Both the position numbers and the translations under genes were made by a program. Positions 17,081-25,364 of a stretch of 38,208 nt of DNA are shown here, in pieces. The stretch covers positions 64,001-102,208 of the IMG/VR virus record IMGVR_UViG_3300048838_001248; one strand, given 5' to 3'. Source of the stretch: a virus (Duplodnaviria; Heunggongvirae; Uroviricota; Caudoviricetes). Below the pieces are notes generated by a model. That model searched no databases. It was given only the letters and a program-made list of their open reading frames with translations, and had not been told where the DNA came from. Each line of letters starts with the position of its first letter. Position 1 is the first letter of the stretch.

Positions 17081-17391
17081 ATAGCGTGAGCGTACCCAGA
17101 ATTTTGTTTTATTTCATCATTTATCTAAGCACCAACCCGACTATCATAGAGTTGCTTTCCCTCTAAGTCTGTTTGGCTTGCACCACTCCGCAGTACTAAC
17201 GATAGCTTCGGGTCTTTCAGGGTTACAGGTTTATTGGCGGTACTATTAACCCTTATTCCCATTGTTTGCCAACCTAACTGCTTTCACTGACTATCTCCTG
17301 CGTCCAGCAACGGTGTTCTGAAGTTCCTCTATGCTGTTTGCCCGAAGGCATAATCCCGAAGGTCAGCATAGCGATGAATCCTCTGCGCTAT
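17081..17391 (-). ncRNA. rnpB: RNase P RNA
   Basis: P1 ATAGCG/CGCTAT; GAGGAACTTCAGAA pairs with ACAAAATTCTGGGT (P4 with bulged U); P3 CTATGCTG/CAGCATAG; AGATAAATGAT. Confidence 0.85.
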
Positions 17392-17483
17392 TTTTTGTGT
17401 GGCGGGGTAGGTCGCTTTAATGTATAACCACACTAATATTCTTCATCTTTCACTGGCATTGGAAGTTTTTTCTTTCTTTTTAA

Positions 17484-17741
17484 TTAAACTAACTTGGAAT
17501 AGTCTCTACCGCCAACATTATATCCAAGTTTAATGCCTTGATAGTATTTTTTACCGTCTTCTTCTTTGAGAAAGATACGAATTTCTTTCTGGTCAGAAAT
17601 AACCTCATGCACACCATTAAATTTAACATAATCGCTCCCCGGTCTGCAATGTAATACAATCAAATCACCTTTATTTATTGGTTTATTTGACCACCACATA
17701 CTTACTTTTTTGTATTTCTTACCTTTGTAGTTCATATTCAA
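17484..17741 (-). CDS. Hypothetical protein
   Basis: 85-aa ORF behind a promoter motif. Confidence 0.75.
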   Translation of the reverse strand: MNMNYKGKKYKKVSMWWSNKPINKGDLIVLHCRPGSDYVKFNGVHEVISDQKEIRIFLKEEDGKKYYQGIKLGYNVGGRDYSKLV

Positions 17742-17748
17742 TTTTTTT

Positions 17749-17778
17749 ATTATACGAAATAAATTTAAAAATGTTACA
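17749..17778 (-). promoter_or_regulatory. Promoter motif TGTAACATTT-N12-CGTATAAT
   Basis: Repeated 30-nt architecture. Confidence 0.75.
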
Positions 17779-18646
17779 AAATTGGGGGTGAAAATTCTGG
17801 ATTTTCTGTTTCAAAATTGAATGTGAAAAAATTGTTAGGGTTCGCTGGAATCATTTCATTTTTCCAAATTTTAATCAATTCTTGACGATGTTCCTTATTT
17901 AAACAGAACATTTTTATTGTTTTTATTATTTTTTTGTCTTTAGTTATATCTTCTCCAATATTATCATAAAAATCCCCATTAAAATAAAATCTTGAATTTA
18001 TTTTACCGTCCATTGTTTTGACATGAAAATGTGGATATCTTTTTTTAATTCCACCTACAGTTACCTCAAGTTCATGTTCACCATTAATTTCAACAGATAA
18101 AATATATTTAGTATGATGCCACGATTCTGGTTTTTTTCTTTCACAATAATAACAACCATTAATGATTTGTTCTTCACTAACTAATCCTCGTTCAATATAC
18201 TCAACCTGTGAAAGTATTAATGAAAATTTTAAATTTAATAAATCCATATTTTTGTCGTTAAAAATCACATGACAATCCTTACCTTGTTTACAAACACCCC
18301 CCATACTAAATCCAGATAAATTATTAGATGCGATAATATTATTATCAGTTAAATTAATATTAACTATTTTTATTAAAAGACTCCCATCGGGGATGTCAGG
18401 TTCTTTATTGAGAAGTTCACGATAATCAGAATCTTTCAATTTTTTTCTATTTAAAATTGTTGGTGAAATGATTTTTATTGAGGTCGATACACCTAATAAC
18501 CCGTGATTAAAATCAATGATTTTTGGTATACGATGCAATTGTTTATGAATAAATTCTTTAGTTATAAAACACTTAGCATTGGGGTAACACCCACATTCCA
18601 TTAATCTATTCGGTATTAATAAAGCACCTACCATTCTTTTCATCAT
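17774..18646 (-). CDS. Hypothetical protein, XkdF-like N-terminus and DUF4160-like C-terminus
   Basis: KRMVGALLIP...IDFNH...GFSMGG; later PHFHV. Confidence 0.5.
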   Translation of the reverse strand: MMKRMVGALLIPNRLMECGCYPNAKCFITKEFIHKQLHRIPKIIDFNHGLLGVSTSIKIISPTILNRKKLKDSDYRELLNKEPDIPDGSLLIKIVNINLTDNNIIASNNLSGFSMGGVCKQGKDCHVIFNDKNMDLLNLKFSLILSQVEYIERGLVSEEQIINGCYYCERKKPESWHHTKYILSVEINGEHELEVTVGGIKKRYPHFHVKTMDGKINSRFYFNGDFYDNIGEDITKDKKIIKTIKMFCLNKEHRQELIKIWKNEMIPANPNNFFTFNFETENPEFSPPIL

Positions 18647-18688
18647 TTCCCAAAAATATATAAAAAAATGGAAATTACAAGGAATTAT

Positions 18689-19363
18689 TTATTTTTTTAA
18701 TTTTCTTTTTAATCTTCTTTTCTTTCGACCATTCCCCTTATTTAATGCACCATATGTTGGTGTTAGTGAATGACAATTAGGACACAATAGTTCAAGATTA
18801 TTTAAATTATGATTTTCAGAATTACCGTCTTTGTGTTCTAATTGTATTGGTACTAAACCTGTTGTTGGATTAACTTCATGCCAACCACATTTCATGCATT
18901 TTTCACCATGTTTATAGATAAGATATCTTTTATATAATGTTGCTGAAAAGGAAATGTCACCATTTTCAATTTTCTTAAAATTTTCTTGTTGGTAGTGTGT
19001 TGAACTACACTCACGTGAACAGAATTTAATTTGGTTTGAATTTAATTTAACTCCACAATGTAAGCAATTCTTTAATTTATTAATGTTTGCTCTTTTTGGA
19101 TATTTTTTATTGTTATGTTTAGCACCACAAGACTGTGAACAAAATTTTCTTTTATCTTTTATTTTTCCAATAAATTCATTACCACATTCAGTACATATTA
19201 GTGTTTCAGTTGTTTTAGATTTATTTTGATAATATCCTAATTTATTTAATCTTACTTGAACACTACGAACGTCTCTATTAAGTATTAAGCCAATTTCTTC
19301 AAATCGCACTCCTGCTTGGTTTAAATCAATTGCTTTGTCGATATCATCTTGATTCCATTTCAT
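18689..19363 (-). CDS. Free-standing HNH endonuclease with zinc-finger repeats
   Basis: CxxC repeats, KFCSxxC twice, LEHKDGNSENHNLNNLELLCPNCH. Confidence 0.9.
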   Translation of the reverse strand: MKWNQDDIDKAIDLNQAGVRFEEIGLILNRDVRSVQVRLNKLGYYQNKSKTTETLICTECGNEFIGKIKDKRKFCSQSCGAKHNNKKYPKRANINKLKNCLHCGVKLNSNQIKFCSRECSSTHYQQENFKKIENGDISFSATLYKRYLIYKHGEKCMKCGWHEVNPTTGLVPIQLEHKDGNSENHNLNNLELLCPNCHSLTPTYGALNKGNGRKKRRLKRKLKK

Positions 19364-19395
19364 AATATTTACTTTTACATAAATACTATGAAATG
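19356..19395 (-). promoter_or_regulatory. Start-codon-sequestering hairpin containing GTATTTAT
   Basis: CATTTCATAGTATTT pairs with AAATATTATGAAATG (15 bp, one G-U). Confidence 0.75.
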
Positions 19396-19418
19396 CGAAA
19401 AAAGATTTTCGAAAACAT

Positions 19419-19495
19419 TGGAGCAGGTAATCGGAATCGAACCGACTCTATTCCACATTGGCAATGTGGTGCACCACCTTTCATGCGTTACCTGC
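19419..19495 (-). tRNA. tRNA-Gly(GCC)
   Basis: CCACA-TTGCCAA-TGTGG; U73; CCA encoded. Confidence 0.95.
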
Positions 19496-19533
19496 AAATC
19501 GGCAATGCCGTTTTTAATTGCATTGCCGTTTTT

Positions 19534-19746
19534 TTATGGCAACAGTTTAAATTTTCCTGTTGTCAAATCAAATAATTTTTCGTTTCCGGCAAGACCCGCA
19601 TAATAATCTGCTTTCTCATAGGCATCATGCTGATACCTTGCTTTGACGTAAAATGTTCGAACTCTGCCACTCGTAAGGGTGAGTTCAACCAACCAGTATT
19701 TCATGGGTGGTTTTTTGGATTTAGCTTTCGCCTTTTTAGTATCCAT
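19534..19746 (-). CDS. Hypothetical protein
   Basis: 70-aa ORF. Confidence 0.7.
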   Translation of the reverse strand: MDTKKAKAKSKKPPMKYWLVELTLTSGRVRTFYVKARYQHDAYEKADYYAGLAGNEKLFDLTTGKFKLLP

Positions 19747-19801
19747 AATCTTAACTAATCAGTATAACTGATTCAGCTAAGACGAGTCGAACATCGGTAT
19801 T

Positions 19802-20002
19802 TTATTCATTTTTATTTGGTTTATAAGGTTCGTCTTCTTCATAAAGAAAAACGTATTTAACGTTATTTTTTCTAAAATTTTTATATTTTTCCGGCAAGTC
19901 ATCACATGTGCCAGCATAAAAATGATGGCAGTGGTCATGATAAAAACCCATCATTTTCACTGTTAAACCATCCCAAGTATTTGCGTATAATGCTTTTATC
20001 AT
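19802..20002 (-). CDS. Hypothetical protein
   Basis: 66-aa ORF. Confidence 0.7.
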   Translation of the reverse strand: MIKALYANTWDGLTVKMMGFYHDHCHHFYAGTCDDLPEKYKNFRKNNVKYVFLYEEDEPYKPNKNE

Positions 20003-20003
20003 T

Positions 20004-20354
20004 TTATTTAAAAACTCTTTTTATCCAAATATAATGCTTTCTATTATCCAAGTACTTTAAATCATCATCATTGTCATACGCTTCTCTTTCAAACGAAAGA
20101 GATTTATATGCATTTCCGAAATTAGTAAAAATTTTAATAATCCATTCAATAAAATACCATAAATAAAAAAAAATTATCAACATTTCCATTTGTTGTTTCC
20201 AGTGAATTGTTTCGTGATTAATCATTCTGGTGTTTGTTAAATGTTTTTCCTTGACATAAATACCAAACGGTGCTAATGTTATTCCTGCTGCCCAGCCAAA
20301 TGTAATCAGGCTGACAAACCAGTTCATTTTTTTTACTTTTGGTTTTAAACACAT
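20004..20354 (-). CDS. Membrane-associated protein with zincin HExxH motif
   Basis: INHETIH and SFEREAY. Confidence 0.75.
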   Translation of the reverse strand: MCLKPKVKKMNWFVSLITFGWAAGITLAPFGIYVKEKHLTNTRMINHETIHWKQQMEMLIIFFYLWYFIEWIIKIFTNFGNAYKSLSFEREAYDNDDDLKYLDNRKHYIWIKRVFK

Positions 20355-20381
20355 AATTATACTTTATTATAAATACGTTTG

Positions 20382-20455
20382 TACGCCCAGAGGGAGTCGA
20401 ACCCCCACTCTCCACGTTCGTAGCGTGGTGCATTATCCAGTTATGCTATGGGCGC
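20382..20455 (-). tRNA. tRNA-Arg(ACG)
   Basis: CCACG-CTACGAA-CGTGG. Confidence 0.95.
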
Positions 20456-20545
20456 ATATCTTACTTCCTATTGTTTTTAAATGAACTACCTACTATTTTT
20501 TACTAAATGCTTCATTTTCAACATTAGATGCTCCTATTATTTTAG

Positions 20546-20617
20546 TACCCTCGGCAGGAGTCGAACCCGCATTCTAAGTTTCGAAGACTTCCGTTCTGTC
20601 CATTGAACTACGAAGGC
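20546..20617 (-). tRNA. tRNA-Arg(UCG)
   Basis: AAGT-CTTCGAA-ACTT with a top G:A mismatch. Confidence 0.9.
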
Positions 20618-20638
20618 AGTTGTTTATAAATACTTTAG

Positions 20639-20710
20639 TACTCCCAACAGGAATCGAACCTGTATCTAAAGTTTAGGAAACTCCAATTCTATCCGTTGAA
20701 CTATGGGAGC
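20639..20710 (-). tRNA. tRNA-Arg(CCU)
   Basis: GGAGT-TTCCTAA-ACTTT. Confidence 0.9.
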
Positions 20711-20919
20711 AAATTAACATATTGATATTTTATACCCAAAGGGTCACCATTATTTTTCAAATATTCAGAAAATGAATCACGTTTATTCTCACTATAAACA
20801 ATCATAATACAATGACCATATTCGTCAATGAATGCATATCCGTTTAACGATATCCATTCTTTATTTTCATTCTGAAACTTCAGAACTTGATTCATCTTTT
20901 GAATCGTATGTTTCATCAA
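20701..20919 (-). CDS. Hypothetical protein, start uncertain
   Basis: Overlaps both the tRNA and the zinc-ribbon ORF. Confidence 0.4.
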   Translation of the reverse strand: MMKHTIQKMNQVLKFQNENKEWISLNGYAFIDEYGHCIMIVYSENKRDSFSEYLKNNGDPLGIKYQYVNLLP

Positions 20920-21025
20920 AAATTGGTATTCTTGTTATGTGAATAACTTCATTGCATTTGGGACAAATAATGAAATCACTACTTGTTGGAACGCAAATTA
21001 CTTCTTTACATTTTGGACAAATCAT
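20867..21025 (-). CDS. Small zinc-ribbon protein (52 aa), not in ORF track
   Basis: MICPKCKEVI...IICPKCNEVI with an acidic tail. Confidence 0.7.
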   Translation of the reverse strand: MICPKCKEVICVPTSSDFIICPKCNEVIHITRIPIFDETYDSKDESSSEVSE

Positions 21026-21042
21026 TACTTTATCGTTTTTAG

Positions 21043-21114
21043 TACCCCCACGTGGAATCGAACCACGAACCTAACTTTAGAAGAGTTATGTTATATCCAT
21101 TTAACTATAGGGGC
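21043..21114 (-). tRNA. tRNA-Arg(UCU)
   Basis: TAACT-CTTCTAA-AGTTA. Confidence 0.95.
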
Positions 21115-21141
21115 AAATGTAAGAAAAAAGAACGAATATTC

Positions 21142-21372
21142 CTATTCGTTCCTCTTTCTTTTAAATATTTTAAGTGGATTTATCTTAGCCAAGTAAAAGT
21201 ATAAGATAAAACAAGACACTGAGACAAGGTAAAAAATTGAAATTGAAAACCAATAACTGCCTGTTGTATCCATTAACCACTTCAGTAGAGCATCGTATCC
21301 CAAGGGATTGAAAAAAGTCCCCAAGAATAGAAATAATGTTGCTGTTTTTTCTCTGTTTATGACCTTCATCAC
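21142..21372 (-). CDS. Small two-helix membrane protein
   Basis: Hydrophobic segments flanking NPLGYDAL. Confidence 0.7.
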   Translation of the reverse strand: MMKVINREKTATLFLFLGTFFNPLGYDALLKWLMDTTGSYWFSISIFYLVSVSCFILYFYLAKINPLKIFKRKRNE

Positions 21373-21420
21373 TTTCCATGTTAATAGATTTAATATTAGT
21401 TATTTTTTTCATAAATACTA

Positions 21421-21828
21421 CTATTTCGACAATAGTTCTCTGACAATTTGACTTGCGACCTTACCATCAATCTGAGCAGCAGTTGGAAGTTTCTTGATTT
21501 CAACCATTACTTTTCCCATGTCCTGAATGCCAGAAAAGCCGTGTTTATTTATTAATCCGGCAACAATGACCTTAATTTGGTTTTCGCCAAGCATTTGTGG
21601 TAAATACTTATTGAGAATTTCAACCTCACCAAGATTTCCTAATTCTTTGGCGTTCTCTGACATTTTTCTCAAAACTTTAAGTGCTTCTTCGTCACTTAAT
21701 TGTTTTGATACGTCTGTCATTACTCTTGCAAATTCTCCAGCAACTACTCTAAGCAAAGAAACTGTTTCAGTATCTCTACTTTTCATGGCATTCACCATGT
21801 CTTCCCTAATTTGTGCTTGTAAACTCAT
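21421..21828 (-). CDS. YqeY/GatB-domain protein
   Basis: MSLQAQIREDMVNAMKSRD...YLPQML...KDMGK-like QDMGKVM...IDGK. Confidence 0.9.
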   Translation of the reverse strand: MSLQAQIREDMVNAMKSRDTETVSLLRVVAGEFARVMTDVSKQLSDEEALKVLRKMSENAKELGNLGEVEILNKYLPQMLGENQIKVIVAGLINKHGFSGIQDMGKVMVEIKKLPTAAQIDGKVASQIVRELLSK

Positions 21829-21852
21829 GATAATTAATTTTAATTAAAAACT

Positions 21853-21892
21853 TGACCCAATTGTGAGCCAATTGAGCCGATTATGAGCCGAT
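21853..21892 (-). repeat. Four degenerate 9-nt copies of the tRNA-Thr 3' end
   Basis: tgacccaat, tgagccaat, tgagccgat, tgagccgat; the last is part of the tRNA. Confidence 0.7.
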
Positions 21893-21971
21893 GAAGGGAT
21901 TCGAACCCCCGTGGACTTTATGGGTCTCCTGATTACAAGTCAGGTGCAATCAACCACTATGCGACATCGGC
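21886..21971 (-). tRNA. tRNA-Thr(UGU) with long variable arm
   Basis: CCTGA-CTTGTAA-TCAGG; variable region AGACCCATAAAGTCCAC. Confidence 0.85.
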
Positions 21972-21982
21972 ATTCTTTTCTG

Positions 21983-22056
21983 AGCCAAAAGCAGGACTCG
22001 AACCCGCAACTTCCTCATTACAAGTGAGGCACTCTACCAATTAAAGTTATTCTGGC
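21983..22056 (-). tRNA. tRNA-Thr(UGU)
   Basis: CCTCA-CTTGTAA-TGAGG. Confidence 0.95.
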
Positions 22057-22057
22057 A

Positions 22058-22498
22058 TTATCTATAATCTTTCCAGTATCCAGTTATTTCATTTGTTTCA
22101 ACATTCAATTCTTTAAGAACTTGAATTTTAATAATCTCTGGAGTATCTGACCAATATAGTACACAATATTGTTTATCGTCAACATCAAATGCATCGTTTA
22201 TTTCACGAGTTCCCTTTTCAAAATTAAACAATGACACATATACTCTGCGTGCACATAATCCACCATTCTTTTCATCTTGCTTTGCACGTTCTGCTTTCAG
22301 ATAATCATAAGTAACTTCATCAGTTTCAACCCAAATCTTTTTAAATTTTTTGGGTACTAATTTCAGTGCTTTGTTGATGACAGCCTTACAGTCAGGACAA
22401 TATGTTTCATCATTTAGTTCGTGAAAACATCCATTACCACTTGCTTGCCAAGCATAGACAGTGTTGCAATGTCTACACCTTTTCATATAATGCATCAT
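22058..22498 (-). CDS. Hypothetical protein with two CxxC pairs
   Basis: CRHC and CPDC. Confidence 0.8.
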   Translation of the reverse strand: MMHYMKRCRHCNTVYAWQASGNGCFHELNDETYCPDCKAVINKALKLVPKKFKKIWVETDEVTYDYLKAERAKQDEKNGGLCARRVYVSLFNFEKGTREINDAFDVDDKQYCVLYWSDTPEIIKIQVLKELNVETNEITGYWKDYR

Positions 22499-22511
22499 AT
22501 TTTTAATTTAT

Positions 22512-22856
22512 TTAGATGATATGTCCAATTCTTTCTTTTACATGATTTTTATATTTTTCAATATTTCTCACCGCTCCACGTGTGGCTGGATGATAAATGA
22601 ATTCATGCTCAATTTGGTGCTTTTTAAGTTCTCTCTCGACCTTTCTACCCATTGCAATTACTATGCCACCAAATGATTTGATGTCCTCTATATCGTCCTC
22701 AAAAACGTTTTTAAAGCATAGTTTATCCCAATCAAGTCCAAGAGCATCGGTTGCTTTTGAAAGATGTGCTGCTGCAAGTCTCCGGTCTTTCCAAGTCCAA
22801 CCTTTTTTTATTGCAAGTTCACTGCGTTCTTCACCTACGAATAAGATTTTTTTCAT
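22512..22856 (-). CDS. Uracil-DNA-glycosylase-like fold protein
   Basis: ILFVGE, VIAMGRKV, IYHPA. Confidence 0.55.
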   Translation of the reverse strand: MKKILFVGEERSELAIKKGWTWKDRRLAAAHLSKATDALGLDWDKLCFKNVFEDDIEDIKSFGGIVIAMGRKVERELKKHQIEHEFIYHPATRGAVRNIEKYKNHVKERIGHII

Positions 22857-22857
22857 G

Positions 22858-23070
22858 TTACCATTCTATTGTTAAGTCAGTAACACTATTAATATCAATT
22901 TCGTAAACACCTTGGCGATGTTTTTTGTTAAAAAGTGTTGACCTAATGTTATTAAAACTACAATCTTCAGGACAATGAATTAATGCCATTCCCTCATTTC
23001 TATCGGCAGTTCCCTGACAATAGGTTGTGTAGATATAACCCAATAAAACGTATTTCCAATTTTCTTTCAT
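22858..23070 (-). CDS. Hypothetical protein
   Basis: Start moved to MKENWK; the upstream extension is tRNA sequence. Confidence 0.7.
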   Translation of the reverse strand: MKENWKYVLLGYIYTTYCQGTADRNEGMALIHCPEDCSFNNIRSTLFNKKHRQGVYEIDINSVTDLTIEW

Positions 23071-23123
23071 AATAAAAAATTTTATCAAAGATAATAAAAA
23101 AATTTTATCATGCAAACATTTTG

Positions 23124-23195
23124 CGCTCCGGGTAGGAGTCGAACCTACAACCTCTTGGTTAACAGCCAATTGCTCTGCCATTGAGCCACCGAAGC
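23124..23195 (-). tRNA. tRNA-Asn(GUU)
   Basis: TTGG-CTGTTAA-CCAA; G73. Confidence 0.95.
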
Positions 23196-23201
23196 ATTTT
23201 G

Positions 23202-23274
23202 TAGTGAAGGTGGGACTTGAACCCACAACCTTGACCTTATAAGAGTCCTGCGCTAACCATTGCGCCACATCACT
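23202..23274 (-). tRNA. tRNA-Ile(UAU)
   Basis: GACT-CTTATAA-GGTC; A73. Confidence 0.9.
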
Positions 23275-23328
23275 ATGGAGAGGGACAGGTTATTTATACC
23301 TTTAAGGGACTCCCTCAGACCCATTTTG

Positions 23329-23400
23329 AGCAGAATATGGGATTCGAACCCATTCCCGAAGTTTGGAAGACTCCCGTGCAACCATCAACACCTATTCTGC
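23329..23400 (-). tRNA. tRNA-Gly(UCC)
   Basis: GGAGT-CTTCCAA-ACTTC; U73. Confidence 0.95.
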
Positions 23401-23444
23401 ATTTGCACTTCCTGCTGCGTTTAGTGCTAACCGTAGGTGGGGTG

Positions 23445-23517
23445 TGGTACAGGTTGGAGTTGAACCAACATCTAAGGTTTTTCAGACCCCCGCATAGACC
23501 ACCTTTGCTACTGTACC
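23445..23517 (-). tRNA. tRNA-Phe(GAA)
   Basis: GGGGT-CTGAAAA-ACCTT. Confidence 0.9.
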
Positions 23518-24011
23518 ATAATTTTATAATTAAAAACCGCATTCATAAACTTTTCATCTTTACCGTATTTGGTATGCTCAATTTTATGACAATTTGAACA
23601 AAGTAATTCGCATTTTAACGCTTCCATTTTCATCACTTCCCATGACTTGTTCCACATTCTACCTAATTCAAATTCTTTATCATCATTAGGGTGATGAAAT
23701 TCAAAGGCAGCAATATTACCTGACCATCCACACTTATTACATTTACCACCTAATAGTTCAATTGCTTTTTGTTTCGTTCTATACCTTCTAATTCTTGTTG
23801 TACAACTTTGACATTTACTTCTATTCCTACTATTATCTTTAATGGGATTTCCGCAAAGAGCACAAAATTCAACTTTTTCTTTTACAATAGTTTTCAAATC
23901 AAATTTTTTCAACCAATATTTAATTGTTGTTTGTGAACAATTAAACTGTTTTGCAATTTTTCTGTGTGAATAACCTAAGTCAACACATTTTTTTAATTCA
24001 TCTAATTCCAT
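23508..24011 (-). CDS. Free-standing HNH endonuclease inside the tRNA array
   Basis: N-terminal HTH, CxxC pairs, FEFHHP...CELLCSNCHKIEH. Confidence 0.9.
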   Translation of the reverse strand: MELDELKKCVDLGYSHRKIAKQFNCSQTTIKYWLKKFDLKTIVKEKVEFCALCGNPIKDNSRNRSKCQSCTTRIRRYRTKQKAIELLGGKCNKCGWSGNIAAFEFHHPNDDKEFELGRMWNKSWEVMKMEALKCELLCSNCHKIEHTKYGKDEKFMNAVFNYKIMVQ

Positions 24012-24041
24012 AATATGTATATTTTTATATAAATACTATGG
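24008..24041 (-). promoter_or_regulatory. Start-codon-sequestering hairpin containing GTATTTAT
   Basis: CCATAGTAT pairs with ATATTATGG (one G-U). Confidence 0.65.
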
Positions 24042-24077
24042 TTTTCAACAAACGTACCACCATTGAGTTAGTATTTG

Positions 24078-24149
24078 TGTGGATTACAGGAATCGAACCT
24101 GTCTTTATGCCTTTTCAGAGCATCACTAAACCGTCTCAGTTAAATCCAC
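24078..24149 (-). tRNA. tRNA-Phe(GAA)
   Basis: ATGCT-CTGAAAA-GGCAT. Confidence 0.85.
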
Positions 24150-24154
24150 AGTTT

Positions 24155-24307
24155 GGTTCTGGCGTGAGCCTTATACTCACTCCCCCCGAATATCATTTCA
24201 AATATCTAAATGTCTCGGAGATTGTTGTCGTCCTATCCGCACTGCCAAATGCGAGTACAATAACTTTCTGCTGAACATTAGGGAAGCCTCTTATGCAAAC
24301 CAGAACC
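24155..24307 (-). ncRNA. Putative long-hairpin ncRNA (6S-like candidate)
   Basis: Closing stem GGTTCTGG/CCAGAACC, internal stem GCTTCCC/GGGGAGT, 3' hairpin GTGAG/CTCAC, apical CGCA/TGCG. Confidence 0.45.
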
Positions 24308-24385
24308 CTGACATCAATAAGGGTCATGACTCCTTTGTTGACGTGAAAATCGTGTGATGATAATCCAGTGCACACGACTTTATCT

Positions 24386-25036
24386 TCATGTAATACGACC
24401 TAATTTCCATTCAGAATTAACATATTTGGTAATATTACATTTTTTAATTTTTTTATTTGAGATACCATTTGTAATCCAGCAAGTGCCATATTGTGAATTA
24501 TTTTTACCCACACCCATTCCTTTATGTTTTTCACTCATAATTAATTTTGTTTTTTCAGAGTGACTTTTATTGGTGAATCTACTACTATTTGCGTGTGGAT
24601 ATATACCTTTCTCGAAAATTTTTTTCATTGTGTTTGACCTTATTATACTCATTTTATTTCGAAATTCGGTATCAATTTTCAATTTTTCAGCATATGCTTT
24701 TCCTGCACATGAAGAACGATATTTTTGCTGTTCTTCAGAAATAAATCCACCCTCACCACCAATCATTAAATTTAAACATTCATTTTTTACAATTTCATTT
24801 AAATTAACAATCTCTTTTTCACGTTCAATCAATGATTTACGGTTTGGTAGATATTCAACAATTTCAACTTTGTGATTTTCTTTACCATATTTATTCAAAG
24901 AACGTCTTAATCTTCTGCCCGACCCATAATATCCATCATTAGGATTATCAGTGGAATGCATCCCATAATAATACTTACCATTCAACAAACAAGTTGTTTT
25001 ATAAATGAAATGGTATTGTTTTTCTTTTCTTGCCAT
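24386..25036 (-). CDS. GIY-YIG (Seg-like) homing endonuclease with NUMOD3-like repeat
   Basis: FIYKTTCLLNGKYYYGMH...YYGSG...ERE; HSEKTKLIMSEKH. Confidence 0.9.
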   Translation of the reverse strand: MARKEKQYHFIYKTTCLLNGKYYYGMHSTDNPNDGYYGSGRRLRRSLNKYGKENHKVEIVEYLPNRKSLIEREKEIVNLNEIVKNECLNLMIGGEGGFISEEQQKYRSSCAGKAYAEKLKIDTEFRNKMSIIRSNTMKKIFEKGIYPHANSSRFTNKSHSEKTKLIMSEKHKGMGVGKNNSQYGTCWITNGISNKKIKKCNITKYVNSEWKLGRIT

Positions 25037-25039
25037 AAT

Positions 25040-25072
25040 CTGTACTTTTCAGATAAATACTGAAAAGTACAG
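25040..25072 (-). promoter_or_regulatory. 13-bp hairpin over the translation start region with TATTTAT as loop
   Basis: CTGTACTTTTCAG-TATTTAT-CTGAAAAGTACAG, 3 nt before the ATG. Confidence 0.85.
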
Positions 25073-25086
25073 AAAACGACTAAGGG

Positions 25087-25173
25087 CGGAGAAGGTAGGA
25101 TTCGAACCCACGGGACACTTGCATGTCCAACGGTTTTCAAGACCGCCTCCATAAGCCACTCGGACACTTCTCC
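25087..25173 (-). tRNA. tRNA-Ser(UGA)
   Basis: GCGGT-CTTGAAA-ACCGT, long variable arm, G73. Confidence 0.95.
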
Positions 25174-25230
25174 ATTTGCTGTCTCAAAAAGTACGCTACT
25201 TGAAACCAAGACAGCCAAGGTTTACTGTGG

Positions 25231-25303
25231 TTGGGACGGGTGGATTTGAACCACCGACTTTTCGGGTATCAGCCGAATACTCTAACCACTGAGTTACGCC
25301 CCA
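25231..25303 (-). tRNA. tRNA-Ile(GAU)
   Basis: TTCGG-CTGATAC-CCGAA. Confidence 0.95.
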
Positions 25304-25364
25304 ATATTGACTTTATTCATCGCAAACACGTTATATCAGTCAAACCAGTGTTGATTGGTCTTTG

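Noticed and set aside
17395-17470. GC-rich GGCGGGGTAGG segment resembling a tRNA 3' end
   Set aside because: No T-loop or complementary acceptor strand found
19747-19800. T-loop-like GATG-TTCGACT-CGTC and a hairpin in a 5' UTR
   Set aside because: No cloverleaf; at most a tRNA remnant or ordinary UTR hairpin
21185-21412. Alternative minus-frame ORF overlapping 21142-21372
   Set aside because: The overlapping frame gives a more coherent membrane protein, though the GTATTTAT abutting this ATG leaves some doubt
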